From: an uncultured Treponemataceae bacterium
GTDB lineage: Bacteria > Spirochaetota > Spirochaetia > Treponematales > Rectinemataceae
DNA length: 64,000 nucleotides
NCBI GenBank assembly: GCA_964404145.1
Contig: CAYOIX010000005.1
Coordinates: 117,196 to 181,195 of the forward strand
Direction of reading: 5' to 3'
The translations under genes were made by a program, and so were the position numbers. The notes under the pieces are model-generated. The model saw only the letters and a program-made list of their open reading frames with translations. It was not told where the DNA came from and did not search any database. Of the stretch, positions 7,354-16,961 are shown one piece after another (position 1 is the stretch's first letter; each line of letters opens with the position of its first letter).

Positions 7354-9159
7354 ATGCCAGACTCAGCAGCCGTCCCTCTCAGGTCCGAGATCCCCCTGTC
7401 CGACCGATGGGACCTTTCGAGCCTCTACACGGACGAGGCTTCGTGGGAAGCCGGCCTCGTCGAGCTTGACGCCATGACTCCGAGAATCGAGGCGCTCAAG
7501 GGCAGCCTGTCCCGATCGCGCGAGTCCTTCGAGGGCGTCCTCTGCTTCTACCGCGACTTCGGGGTCCTCGACGAGAGGCTCGCCTACTACGCCAGTCTCA
7601 GGCAGAGCGAGGACGAAGGCGACGTTTCCGCGCGCGGGCGCTTCGCCCGGTACATGGCGGCGGCGACGCGGACCCAGGCCGCCTGGGCCTGGCTCGTGCC
7701 CGAGATCCAGGCCTTGCCGGACCCCTTCGTGGAAGCCTGCATGGCCGAGCCTTCCTTCGCCGAGTTCGCCGTCTTCCTCCGCAAGCTTCTGCGCATGAAA
7801 CCTCATGTCCTCTCGGAGAAGGAGGAGAGGCTCCTCGCGCTTCAGGCCGAGTCCGCGGGGGTGGCGCAGGACGCTTTCTCCGTCCTTACCAACGTCGACG
7901 TGGATTTCGGCATCATAAAGACTCCCGAGGGAGATAGGCCCCTGACTCAATCCACCTATCAGGCATTCATGAGAAACCCCGACCGCGAGCTCCGCAGAAA
8001 GGCCTATTTCCAGCTCTACGCCGCCTACGACGGCCACAAGAACACCTTGGCCGCCTTGTACTCGGGCTCCGTCAAGCAGGACAAATACCGCGCCGCCGTC
8101 CGGAACTTCCACTCGGCCCGCAGGGCCGCGCTCTTCCCCGACGACGTGGACGAGAGCGTATACGACAGCCTGGTCGGCACGATTGCGGAGAATCTCCCCG
8201 TCCTCCACGAGTACTACGATCTCAGGAAGGCGGCGCTGAGGCTGGACGAGCTGCGCCACTACGACGTCTACGTGCCTCTCGTTCCCGAGGCGAAAGCCCG
8301 GCATAGCTTCGAAGAGGCCGCGGATCTGGTCTGCGCCGCCCTGGCCCCGCTCGGCGAGGAATACGTCGCCGAGCTGCGCGCCGGGATCGAGGGCGGATGG
8401 GTCGACCGCTACGAGAGCAAGGGCAAGCGCTCGGGCGCCTTCTCCGCGGGCTCCTATTCGGGGAAGCCCTATATTCTCCTCAATTTCAAGGAAGAGGTCC
8501 TCCACGACGTCTTCACCCTCGCGCACGAGGGCGGGCACTCGATGCACTCGTACTACTCCGCGGCCGCCAATCCCTTCCTCTCCTACGGCTACACGATCTT
8601 CGAGGCCGAAGTGGCGAGCACCTTCAACGAGCAGCTTCTGTTCCGCCACCTCTACGACAAGGCGGAGGGCGACGAGGCGAAGGTCTCCCTCGTGAGCGCC
8701 AAGCTCGACGACCTGGTCGGGACCCTCTTCAGACAGACGATGTTCGCCGAATTCGAGAAGCTGAGCCACGAGATGATCGAGGCCGACGAGCCCCTGACCG
8801 TGGACTCGCTGCGCTCCGCCTACCGCGGTCTCCTCGTGAAGTACTTCGGGCCGTCGGTGACCCTCGAGGGTCTGAGCGATCTCGAGTGCCTCCGCATACC
8901 GCATTTCTACAACGCCTTCTACGTCTACAAGTACGCGACGGGCATATCGGCGAGCATCGCCCTCTCCGAGCGCGTGCTGGGCGGCGGGCGGCGCGAGCGC
9001 GACGACTATTTCGCCTTCCTGCGCTCCGGCGGCTCGCGCTTCCCCATCGAGTCCCTCAGGCTGGCGGGAGTCGACATGTCGTCCCCCGAGCCCGTGCGCG
9101 CGGCCTGCCGCAGTTTCGCGCACTGGAGCTCCGAGCTCAAGCGCCTGCTGAAGCTGTAA
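7354..9159 (+). CDS. pepF: Oligoendopeptidase F (M3B family)
   Basis: ATG 7354 preceded by AAGGAGAG. MPDSAAVPLRSEIPLSDRWDLSSLY... and zinc motif TLAHEGGHSMHSYY. The upstream part of the 815-aa ORF overlaps the previous gene and is Arg/Pro-rich junk. Confidence 0.9.
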   Translation: MPDSAAVPLRSEIPLSDRWDLSSLYTDEASWEAGLVELDAMTPRIEALKGSLSRSRESFEGVLCFYRDFGVLDERLAYYASLRQSEDEGDVSARGRFARYMAAATRTQAAWAWLVPEIQALPDPFVEACMAEPSFAEFAVFLRKLLRMKPHVLSEKEERLLALQAESAGVAQDAFSVLTNVDVDFGIIKTPEGDRPLTQSTYQAFMRNPDRELRRKAYFQLYAAYDGHKNTLAALYSGSVKQDKYRAAVRNFHSARRAALFPDDVDESVYDSLVGTIAENLPVLHEYYDLRKAALRLDELRHYDVYVPLVPEAKARHSFEEAADLVCAALAPLGEEYVAELRAGIEGGWVDRYESKGKRSGAFSAGSYSGKPYILLNFKEEVLHDVFTLAHEGGHSMHSYYSAAANPFLSYGYTIFEAEVASTFNEQLLFRHLYDKAEGDEAKVSLVSAKLDDLVGTLFRQTMFAEFEKLSHEMIEADEPLTVDSLRSAYRGLLVKYFGPSVTLEGLSDLECLRIPHFYNAFYVYKYATGISASIALSERVLGGGRRERDDYFAFLRSGGSRFPIESLRLAGVDMSSPEPVRAACRSFAHWSSELKRLLKL

Positions 9160-9192
9160 GCCGCAGGGAACTTTCGAGGTCGCGGAGGCCGG

Positions 9193-9903
9193 TCAAATCC
9201 CCAAATAGGCCTTCTTGACGTTCTCGTCGCGCGCCACGTCCTGGGCCTTGCCCGAGAGCACGATCTTGCCCGTCTGCAGGACGTAGGCGCGATGGGCGAT
9301 GCCGAGCGCCATGAGGGCGTTCTGCTCGACGAGGAGTATGGTCGTGCCCCTCGAATTGAGCTCCTTGATCACGTCGAAAATCTGGTCCACGAGCACGGGG
9401 GCGAGTCCCATGGACGGCTCGTCCATGAGGAGTATCCTGGGATTGGACATGAGGCCCCGCGCGGTCGCGAGCATCTGCTGCTCTCCGCCCGACAGTGTGC
9501 CGCCTTTCTGGCTCGAACGCTCCTTGAGGCGGGGGAACAAGGTGAAGGCGTAATCGACTCCCCGCTCTATCTCGGCCCGATCCTTGACGATATAGGCGCC
9601 CATCTCGAGGTTCTCGATCACGGTGAGGCGCGGGAAGATGCCGCGCCCCTCGGGCACGAGGCCGAGTCCCTCCTTGTGGACGAGGTTGGGGGCCATCCTG
9701 GTGATGTCCTTTCCCATCAGCCTCACCGAGCCCTCTTTGGGGTGGAGGAGGCCGGAGACCGAGCGGAGGGTCGTGGTCTTGCCGGCTCCGTTGCCGCCGA
9801 TGAGGGTGACGATCTCGCCCTCCTCGACGGTGAGCGAGACTCCCTTGAGAGCATGGATCTTGCCGTAGTACGAATTGACGTTCTCCAGCTCGAGGAGGCT
9901 CAT
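9193..9903 (-). CDS. livF: Branched-chain amino acid ABC transporter ATP-binding protein LivF
   Basis: Walker A GGNGAGKTTTL, signature LSGGEQQML, LivF-type length of 236 aa. 4-nt overlap with livG. Confidence 0.9.
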   Translation of the reverse strand: MSLLELENVNSYYGKIHALKGVSLTVEEGEIVTLIGGNGAGKTTTLRSVSGLLHPKEGSVRLMGKDITRMAPNLVHKEGLGLVPEGRGIFPRLTVIENLEMGAYIVKDRAEIERGVDYAFTLFPRLKERSSQKGGTLSGGEQQMLATARGLMSNPRILLMDEPSMGLAPVLVDQIFDVIKELNSRGTTILLVEQNALMALGIAHRAYVLQTGKIVLSGKAQDVARDENVKKAYLGI

Positions 9904-10718
9904 GGCGCATTCCCCGCCGCGATGCCGGCCGCGCCGCCGCCCGCCGCCCCGCGGCCCAGGTAGGCCTCGATAACCTTGGGGTTGGCCGCGATGTCCTTGG
10001 GCTCGCCTTCGGCGATCTTCTCGCCGTAGTCCATCACGCTGATGCGCTCGGAGATGTTCATCACCACCCTCATGTCGTGCTCGATGAGCAGAATCGTGAT
10101 CCCGAGCTCGTCGCGCAGGCGCCTGAAGAGGGCCGTCGCGTCCTCGGTCTCGGCGGGGTTCATCCCGGCGGTCGGCTCGTCCAAGAGGAGGAGCCGAGGC
10201 TCGGAGGCCAGGGCGCGGGCTATCTCGACGCGGCGCTGCGCCCCGTAGGGCAGGCTCCCGGCGAGCTCGTTGCCTATGCCCCGGAGACCGACGTATTCCA
10301 TCAGCTCCTCGGCGCGGGCTTCCGCGCGGGACTCCTCGGCCTTGTAGGCCTTGGTCCTGAGCACGGTCTGCACCGCGCTCTGCCTGAGCCGCGTGTAGGC
10401 GCCGACCATGATATTCTCCACGACCGTCATGCCGCCGAAGAGCCTGATGTTCTGGAAGGTGCGCGCCATGTGGAGCGTGGTCACCTTCTCGGGGGCGAGG
10501 CCGTCTATCCGGCGACCCTCGAAGCTTATCGTGCCCTCCTCGGGCTTGTAGAGGCCCGAGAGCGCGTTGAAGAAGGTGGTCTTTCCGGCGCCGTTGGGGC
10601 CGATGATCGAGTAGATGCGACCGGCTTCCATCGCGAAGCTCATCTTGTTGACGGCGGTGAGCCCGCCGAAGCGCTTTACGACATCCCTCGTCTCGAGGAT
10701 CAGGACGGCATCAGCCAC
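9900..10718 (-). CDS. livG: Branched-chain amino acid ABC transporter ATP-binding protein LivG
   Basis: VKRFGGLTAVNKMSF..GPNGAGKTTFFN..., LivG-type insertion, Gly/Ala-rich C-terminal tail. Confidence 0.9.
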   Translation of the reverse strand: MADAVLILETRDVVKRFGGLTAVNKMSFAMEAGRIYSIIGPNGAGKTTFFNALSGLYKPEEGTISFEGRRIDGLAPEKVTTLHMARTFQNIRLFGGMTVVENIMVGAYTRLRQSAVQTVLRTKAYKAEESRAEARAEELMEYVGLRGIGNELAGSLPYGAQRRVEIARALASEPRLLLLDEPTAGMNPAETEDATALFRRLRDELGITILLIEHDMRVVMNISERISVMDYGEKIAEGEPKDIAANPKVIEAYLGRGAAGGGAAGIAAGNAP

Positions 10719-12135
10719 GATCGGCCCCCTTCGGCTCGGCTCGGTCGATCGCGTCCCCGTCCGCGTTCTCGGACGAGGCCTTCAGCTCGCGCTTGCGGCG
10801 GGCAGCGGGAAGTATCCCCGCCGGCCTGTAGATCATCATGAGGATGAGGATGATGCCGAATACGAGACGCTGGTACTTGGAGGGGTCGAGCTGATTGGAG
10901 AGGTCCTTCCAGTGGAAATTGATGATGGGGATCATCGCGTCGCTCTGCCGAAGCTGGGCGAGATAGAGCGAGAAGCTCTGCAGCACCTGGAGGTTGAGGA
11001 TCGTGACGACGGCCGCCCCGATTATCACTCCGGAGATGCTGCCGATCCCGCCGAGTATCACCATGGTGAGGACGCCGACGGACTGGAGGAAGGTGAAAGA
11101 CTCAGGGCTCACGAAGGTGCGGCTCGCCGCGAAGAGGACCCCCATGGCGCCGGCGAAGGAGGCACCTACCGCGAAGGCGCCGAGCTTGAGCTTGTTGGCG
11201 GGGATGCCCATAGCCTGCGCGGCGAGCTCGTCCTCGCGTATAGCCGCCCAGGCCCTCCCTATCTTGGAGTCCTCCAGCCTCGAGGTGATTACGATCACGA
11301 CCACGACCACGATGACCGCGATGAGGTAGAACATGATGTTGTAGAACTGGTTGCCCGTCACTTGGTGCCCGACCAGGGGCTCGAAGAGCCGGTTGAAGAA
11401 GGCGAGCAGCTCCTTGGGCAGGGTGGGTCTCTGGATGGGCGTGATGCCCTGCGGCCCGTTCGTGAGATTGAGGGGCTTGTCGAGGTTGTTCGCGAGCTGG
11501 CGGACGATCTCGCCGCAGCCGAGCGTTATGACGGCGAGATAGTCCCCGCGGACTCTCAGCACTGGCAGCCCCATCACGAGGCCGAAGATCGCCGCGACGA
11601 TCACGCCGATGAAGATGAAGAGGTAGAACCAGTCGGCCGCCATGAAGAAGTGCGTCCCGGGCGGCGCGGTTCCGGGTATTTCGTTGAGGAGGAAGGGCTG
11701 CTGCGAGCCGAAGAAGCCCCAGAGATAGGCGCCCACCGCATAGAAGGCCATGTAGCCGAAGTTGAGCAGGCCCGAGAAGCCGACGACGATGTTGAGGCCC
11801 AAGGCGAGGGCGGCGAAGACGGAGATCTGGAATATGACCTCGAGGTAGAAGATGTTGCGCGCGCCCAGGATCGGCACTATGACCACGGCGATGAGGACGG
11901 CCAAGCCCATCTTCACCCATTTCTTCATGTCCAGGAAGTAGGCGAGGCTCGACGCGATCGCGAAGAGGAGGAAGGCCGGGATGGACCTGGGGCTGAAGTA
12001 GACGAGGATGGTCCCGAAGACGAGGAGGACCGAGGTCAGGATATAGGGCGTCTTGCCGCTGTTGAGGGCGGCGCCGAAGGATCGCAGTCCTCGCGAGACC
12101 GGGTTTTTCGCCGCTCCGCTGGTCTTGGCTTTCAT
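10711..12135 (-). CDS. livM: Branched-chain amino acid ABC transporter permease LivM
   Basis: 474 aa polytopic membrane protein in the liv operon. Overlaps the livG start by 8 nt. Confidence 0.85.
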   Translation of the reverse strand: MKAKTSGAAKNPVSRGLRSFGAALNSGKTPYILTSVLLVFGTILVYFSPRSIPAFLLFAIASSLAYFLDMKKWVKMGLAVLIAVVIVPILGARNIFYLEVIFQISVFAALALGLNIVVGFSGLLNFGYMAFYAVGAYLWGFFGSQQPFLLNEIPGTAPPGTHFFMAADWFYLFIFIGVIVAAIFGLVMGLPVLRVRGDYLAVITLGCGEIVRQLANNLDKPLNLTNGPQGITPIQRPTLPKELLAFFNRLFEPLVGHQVTGNQFYNIMFYLIAVIVVVVVIVITSRLEDSKIGRAWAAIREDELAAQAMGIPANKLKLGAFAVGASFAGAMGVLFAASRTFVSPESFTFLQSVGVLTMVILGGIGSISGVIIGAAVVTILNLQVLQSFSLYLAQLRQSDAMIPIINFHWKDLSNQLDPSKYQRLVFGIILILMMIYRPAGILPAARRKRELKASSENADGDAIDRAEPKGADRG

Positions 12136-12145
12136 CGCGCTACCC

Positions 12146-13321
12146 CTACGCCTTCTGCGAGACCTGCTCGCCGAGCAGGCCCGAGGGACGGAAGATGATG
12201 AAGACGATCAGCACCAGGAAGGCGATGATGTCCTTGTACTCGGATCCGAAGGCGCCCATGGTGAAGGTGCCGAGGTAGGCGCCCGCGAAACTCTCCAGCA
12301 TGCCGAGGATGATGCCTCCTAGGAGGGCGCCCGTCAGGTTGCCGATGCCCCCGAGGACCGCCGCGGTGAAGGCCTTGATGCCGGGCATGAAGCCGACGAA
12401 AGGATCGATGCGCGTGAACTTGAGCGCATAGAGGAGTCCCGCTGCCCCGCCCAGGGCCCCGCCCAGGAGGAAGGTGAAGGATATGATCGCGTTGACGCCG
12501 ATTCCCATGAGCGCGGCCGTATTGCGATCCTGCGCTACCGAGCGGATGGCCTTGCCGATCCTCGTCGCGTTCACGATGAAGTTGAGAAGGACGAGCATGA
12601 GCACGGCCGCCCCGATGACGACGATCGACTTGACCTGGATATCGACCAGCGTGGAATCCTGTCCGGTCGGGATGCTGAAGAGGGGAAGGCGCGCGTCGAA
12701 ATTGCCGAAGGTCGGCATGACGCGGTAGAACTGGCCCGTCGTGAGGCTCTCTACGAGTCGGATGACGTCCTGCAGCGCGAACGACACGCCGATGGCGGAG
12801 ATGAGGGGCACGAGTCGCGGCGAGTCCCTCAGGGGCCTGTAGGCGGTGCGCTCGATGAGCATCGCGATGCCTCCCGAGGCAGCCATGGAGACGACAAGGG
12901 CCATCGTCAGGTACATGTAGGAACCCATGGGGCCTGCGGCCTTCAGGACGCCGAGTCTGTCCATGGCTATGAGGAACTCGACGCCGGCGAAGGCGCCTAT
13001 CGCGAAGATTTCGGAATGCGCGAAGTTTATGAACTCGAGGACGCCATAGACCATGGTGTAGCCGAGGGCGATGGCGGCGTAGACGAAACCGAGGGTGACC
13101 CCGTCGATGAGGACCTGGGGCAGGTTCGCCAGGGTGTAGGTGACAATGTTGATGCCCTGCGTGTCGAGGAGGAACTTGTCCGCCCCCGAGCCCCTGCAGA
13201 GAAGGGCGAGCACGACCATGAGCGCCGAGAAAACCCCACCGGCGCCCACTACGAACACGGCCATTCTGCCCAAGGGCAGTAAAATCTCCCGCAGGGTCTG
13301 CATGCCCAGGGGTCTTCTCAT
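12146..13321 (-). CDS. livH: Branched-chain amino acid ABC transporter permease LivH (with N-terminal extension)
   Basis: Polytopic. LivH-like segments (GFVYAAIALGYTMVYGVLEFINFAHSEIF...). Confidence 0.85.
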   Translation of the reverse strand: MRRPLGMQTLREILLPLGRMAVFVVGAGGVFSALMVVLALLCRGSGADKFLLDTQGINIVTYTLANLPQVLIDGVTLGFVYAAIALGYTMVYGVLEFINFAHSEIFAIGAFAGVEFLIAMDRLGVLKAAGPMGSYMYLTMALVVSMAASGGIAMLIERTAYRPLRDSPRLVPLISAIGVSFALQDVIRLVESLTTGQFYRVMPTFGNFDARLPLFSIPTGQDSTLVDIQVKSIVVIGAAVLMLVLLNFIVNATRIGKAIRSVAQDRNTAALMGIGVNAIISFTFLLGGALGGAAGLLYALKFTRIDPFVGFMPGIKAFTAAVLGGIGNLTGALLGGIILGMLESFAGAYLGTFTMGAFGSEYKDIIAFLVLIVFIIFRPSGLLGEQVSQKA

Positions 13322-13351
13322 GGAGCCTCCAAAACGGATCGATAACGTAAA

Positions 13352-13492
13352 CGCGACGCGGAGGCGCGGAGGCGCAGCGAAGCGCGGAGGGGGATCCCGA
13401 GCGGGGGGACTCGGCGGAGCCTCTCGGCTCCTAGCCCCATCCCTCCGCTCGCCTTCCGCGCGCGAACCGCGTCTCCGCGCCTCCGTGCGCTC
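13352..13492 (-). repeat. About 140-nt imperfect GC-rich inverted repeat (long stem-loop) between livJ and livH
   Basis: The left arm ...gcggaggcgcggaggcgcagcgaagcgcggaggggg pairs imperfectly with the right arm ccccatccctccgctcgcc...gtctccgcgcctccgtgcg. There is an inner perfect hairpin ggagcc-tctc-ggctcc. Confidence 0.5.
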
Positions 13493-13517
13493 TAAGCTCC
13501 CTCAGCCAGCCTTGATA

Positions 13518-14705
13518 TCACTGCGGGGGGGCGATGTCCAGGGTCTTGTCGATCTTGTTGGACGACCACTTGTCGGGATCGGACGAGGTAACCTGGATGA
13601 TGAAGTATTTGGCCACGGTCAGGTCGCCCTTGGCGTTGAAGTTTATCAGGCCGGTGATTCCCTTGAAGTTCTTGAGCGCGCGCACGGCGGCCGTGACATC
13701 GGCCCTGGCGGGAACTTTGTTGCCGGCGGCTACCGCGGCGTTCTCGATGGCCTTGAGGGCGATGGCGGCGCAATCGTAGGCCTGGGCCGCGAAGGGCTGG
13801 GGCTCGGCTCCGAACTTGGCCTTGAAAGCCGCGACGAATTTGGCGGTGCCGGGATAGACGCTAGCGGGGCCGGAGACCGTCGAATAGTAGGTGCCGTTGC
13901 CCTGGAGGAGCACGTCCCCGCCGATCTTGGCGGCATCCGAGGAGTCGAAGCCGTCGTCGGAGAGGAACATGCCCTTGAAGCCCTTCTGGCGGGCCTGCTT
14001 GAAGAGGACGGAGGACTGATCGAACATGCCGCCGAAGTAGATGACCTGGGGCTTGGCGGCGAGGATCGGAGTGAGGATCGAGTCGAAGTTGGCCTTCTCC
14101 TCGGTGCCTTCGAAGCCGAGCACCTTAATGCCGAGCTTCTTGGCCTCTCGCTGGTAGTACTCCGCGATGCCCTGGCCGTAGGCGGTCTTGTCGTGGAGGA
14201 CGTAGGCGCTCTTTACGCCTTTGGAGGCGGCATATTGCGCGCCGACGGCGCCCTGGACATCATCGCGGCCGCATATGCGGTTGACTTCTTCATAGCCGCG
14301 ATCGGTGACCTTGGGATTCGTATTGGCAGGAGAGATGTTGACGAGGCCGGCGGCATGATATTCCTCGGAAGAGGGAATCTGGACGCCCGAATTATAGTGA
14401 CCGACTATCGCGAGGATGGCGGGGTCGGCGACTATGCTTTTAGCGTTGGCCACGCCGGTATCCGGATTGCCCTGGTCGTCGAATGGCGCGAGCTCGACTT
14501 TGAACCCGAGCTTTACGAGGGGGCCGGAAAGCTGCTCGACGGCGAGCTGTGCGCCGTTCTTGATGTCGGTGCCGACGGCGGACATGCCGCCCGAGAGCGG
14601 GCTCTGCGTGGCGATCTTGATAACCTGAGCCTGGGCCGCGACGGTCATGGGGACGAGACAGAGCGCCGCGATGACGGCTACGACGATAAGAATTCGCTTT
14701 CTCAT
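13518..14705 (-). CDS. livJ: Branched-chain amino acid ABC transporter substrate-binding protein (LivJ/LivK family)
   Basis: ATG 14705 preceded by GGAGG. Signal peptide MRKRILIVVAVIAALCLVPMTVAAQA. Peripla_BP_6-like body. Confidence 0.9.
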   Translation of the reverse strand: MRKRILIVVAVIAALCLVPMTVAAQAQVIKIATQSPLSGGMSAVGTDIKNGAQLAVEQLSGPLVKLGFKVELAPFDDQGNPDTGVANAKSIVADPAILAIVGHYNSGVQIPSSEEYHAAGLVNISPANTNPKVTDRGYEEVNRICGRDDVQGAVGAQYAASKGVKSAYVLHDKTAYGQGIAEYYQREAKKLGIKVLGFEGTEEKANFDSILTPILAAKPQVIYFGGMFDQSSVLFKQARQKGFKGMFLSDDGFDSSDAAKIGGDVLLQGNGTYYSTVSGPASVYPGTAKFVAAFKAKFGAEPQPFAAQAYDCAAIALKAIENAAVAAGNKVPARADVTAAVRALKNFKGITGLINFNAKGDLTVAKYFIIQVTSSDPDKWSSNKIDKTLDIAPPQ

Positions 14706-14895
14706 CTTCAATACCTCCGATACTTCCATTTGCGGAATCTTGCGATTAAGCCTCGCTCAAGGAGCGGGATAAGCGCACTAGGTCGGATCCACTGAGATGG
14801 AGGGTCTCGATCGTTCCGGCCGCCTCCTTCCCCTCCTCGGGGATTGTCCGTCGGTAACCGGAAATACATCCCGATAACCGATAGGTATCGGGGCG

Positions 14896-14925
14896 AGTCT
14901 AGAAGGTGGAAGAGGCAATCGTCAA
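14896..14925 (-). promoter_or_regulatory. Candidate sigma70-type promoter of the liv operon (TTGACG-N18-TAGACT on the minus strand)
   Basis: Hexamers read on the reverse complement. This would give a leader of about 185 nt containing hairpins. Confidence 0.25.
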
Positions 14926-15012
14926 GATGAATATCGCTACGGATGCGGGAATTTAAGTATAATTATCGACGGAAACGTAGGTATAGTGTCCCGGCGTAGA
15001 TTCCCTTCTTCC

Positions 15013-15759
15013 TCACATAAGACCGAATCCCTCCAGGGCGAGGACGCAGGCGGCGATCGCGGCGGTCTCGGTTTTGAGAATGCGGGCACCGAGGCTTCTC
15101 GGCGAGAAACCGGCCTCCAGCAATGCTGCCGTCTCGGCGTCGGACCAGCCTCGCTCGCTCCCTACCGCCAATGTAACGGGCGGTCTTCGGAGAACCGCGC
15201 GACGGCCGGGAATCGCCGCTCCCATCAGCTCTGGACCGCCGAAGGGGTGAAGAAATATCCTCTCCCCGCCGTTCGGGAAGCCTGTGGTTATGGAGTCCAG
15301 GCAGAGGCGAAGGCTCCAGTGGGTCGATACACGGGGGAGGCGGGGATTGCCCGCCTGTTCCGCCCCCTCCACCAAGTGGCCGCGAAAATCGCCGTTTCGG
15401 AAAATCGCGCTCTGTGTGTAGGATTTCTCGCCGAGCTCGGTGCCGGTGAGGTGTATCTCCGCGATTCCCAGGGTTGTCAGGTCCTTGAGTATCCTGGCCG
15501 CCTGGATCGGCCTGGGAAAGCCGAGGATCAGTCGCAGGGGGGCGAGGGGGGGGGATTCCAGCTTCGGTTCGAAGTCGAGCACGAGGCCGGCGGCGTCGAG
15601 CTCGCGGACGACGGCCTCGCCGAGCGGGCCGTCGACTATGCCGGCGGCGAGCCGGTCGCCCGGCCCCTTGCGGAGCACCTTCGCGATATGCGACCAGCGG
15701 CGGTCGCCCCTGGGGAGGCGAGTGCCTACTTCGGCTTCCTCCAGTACGATTATGTTCAC
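15013..15759 (-). CDS. rsmE: 16S rRNA (uracil1498-N3)-methyltransferase RsmE
   Basis: 248 aa. C-terminal RsmE motif SLGARILKTETAAIAA. The start overlaps the fabV stop by 4 nt. Confidence 0.8.
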   Translation of the reverse strand: MNIIVLEEAEVGTRLPRGDRRWSHIAKVLRKGPGDRLAAGIVDGPLGEAVVRELDAAGLVLDFEPKLESPPLAPLRLILGFPRPIQAARILKDLTTLGIAEIHLTGTELGEKSYTQSAIFRNGDFRGHLVEGAEQAGNPRLPRVSTHWSLRLCLDSITTGFPNGGERIFLHPFGGPELMGAAIPGRRAVLRRPPVTLAVGSERGWSDAETAALLEAGFSPRSLGARILKTETAAIAACVLALEGFGLM

Positions 15760-16961
15760 GCCCGCGCGCGAGGCTCGTCGGTCGTCGACGAGTCGGCGGT
15801 ATAGTCGACGCCCTCGACTTCGAATCCATGGACACGGAGGAAGTCCTGCCTGAATCCTTCTACGTCGGCCAGCTCCGCGAGATTCTCGGGCTTTATCCTC
15901 GCCATCCGCGCGGATACTTCGGCCTGCACCGACGCTCCCATCTCGAGCTCGTCGATCCTGATCCGCCCTTCGGCGTCGAGGGGCAGCCCCCCATTGGGCC
16001 CTCTATACAACCGCTCGCGATAGAGCCTGTCTATCTGCGCTATGCATCCCTCGTGGATGCCCCGGTCCTTCATCACCTTGAAGAGGATGGACAGGTAGAG
16101 GGGAATGATCGGTATGACCGCACTCGACCTCGTCACGAGGGCCTTGTTTATGGAGACATAAGCCTTGAGCCCCCCGGAAGCGGAGGCGGCGAGGCGCCCG
16201 GCGGTCGCCTCGAGGTGGGCCTTCGCCGCGCCGATGGTGCCGTCGCGATAGATCGGCCAGGACAGCTCCGGCCCGACATAGGAATAAGCGACCGTCGTCG
16301 CTCCCGGCGCGAGCGCGCCCGCTTCGCTCAGGGCCTTGATCCAGAGCTCCCAGTCCTCGCCGCCCATGACCTTGATCGTCTGGGCGGTCTCGGCCTCTGT
16401 AGCAGGCTGGACCTCCACGAAGGAGAGCTCGCCCGTGAAGACGTCGACGTTCCTCCCGCGATAGGCGCCGCCTATCGGCTTGATCACCGACCTGTAGAGC
16501 TCGCCGGTCTCGGGGTCGGGACGGACGGGAGACGCCAGCGAGTAGACGACGAGGTCGAAGCTCACTCCTAGCTCTCTCGCGGCCCCTATCGCCGAGGCCT
16601 TTACGCTTTTGGAGAACGCGTCGCCGTCGATGCTCCGGGAGGGAAGCTCGGCCGCTGCCGCGGCTGCGTCGAAGGTTCTGTTGTCGTACCAGCCCGGAGT
16701 TCCCGTGGAGGTCGCGGAGGGCGATCGCTCGTAGGATACGCCGACCGTCGCGGCGCCGAAGCCGAAGGCCGCGGCGATCCTCGACGCGAGGCCGTAGCCG
16801 GTCGAGCACCCTATGATGAGGACTGCGCGGGGACCGGCGAGGCGCCCGTACGCGGGCGATTTCGCCTTGACGTACTCGATCTGCCTGGCAGTCTCGATGG
16901 CGCAGCCGATAGGATGCGCGTTCAGGCAGATATTGTTCCGAACCATGGGTCTTATTAGCAA
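15756..16961 (-). CDS. fabV: Trans-2-enoyl-CoA / enoyl-ACP reductase (NADH), FabV/TER family
   Basis: (M)LIRPMVRNNICLNAHPIGC...GCSTGYGLASRI...VYSLASPVR...VNKALVTRSSAVIPIIPLYLSILFKVMK closely parallels the T. denticola TER sequence as I remember it. TTG 16961 reproduces the canonical N-terminus. Alternative starts are ATG 16988 and ATG 16946. Confidence 0.9.
   Translation of the reverse strand: MLIRPMVRNNICLNAHPIGCAIETARQIEYVKAKSPAYGRLAGPRAVLIIGCSTGYGLASRIAAAFGFGAATVGVSYERSPSATSTGTPGWYDNRTFDAAAAAAELPSRSIDGDAFSKSVKASAIGAARELGVSFDLVVYSLASPVRPDPETGELYRSVIKPIGGAYRGRNVDVFTGELSFVEVQPATEAETAQTIKVMGGEDWELWIKALSEAGALAPGATTVAYSYVGPELSWPIYRDGTIGAAKAHLEATAGRLAASASGGLKAYVSINKALVTRSSAVIPIIPLYLSILFKVMKDRGIHEGCIAQIDRLYRERLYRGPNGGLPLDAEGRIRIDELEMGASVQAEVSARMARIKPENLAELADVEGFRQDFLRVHGFEVEGVDYTADSSTTDEPRARA

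Noticed and set aside
7363-9123. 586-aa minus-strand ORF antisense to pepF
   Set aside because: It mirrors a well-supported M3B peptidase gene. The composition is biased (Gly/Glu/Arg/Val) with no recognisable motifs. This is a GC-rich antisense-ORF artefact.
10615-14795. Long plus-strand ORFs (10615-12198, 13140-14795) antisense to livM and livJ
   Set aside because: They lie opposite conserved liv genes. The translations are Asp/Glu/Gly/Arg-rich and low in complexity, with no start or RBS context.
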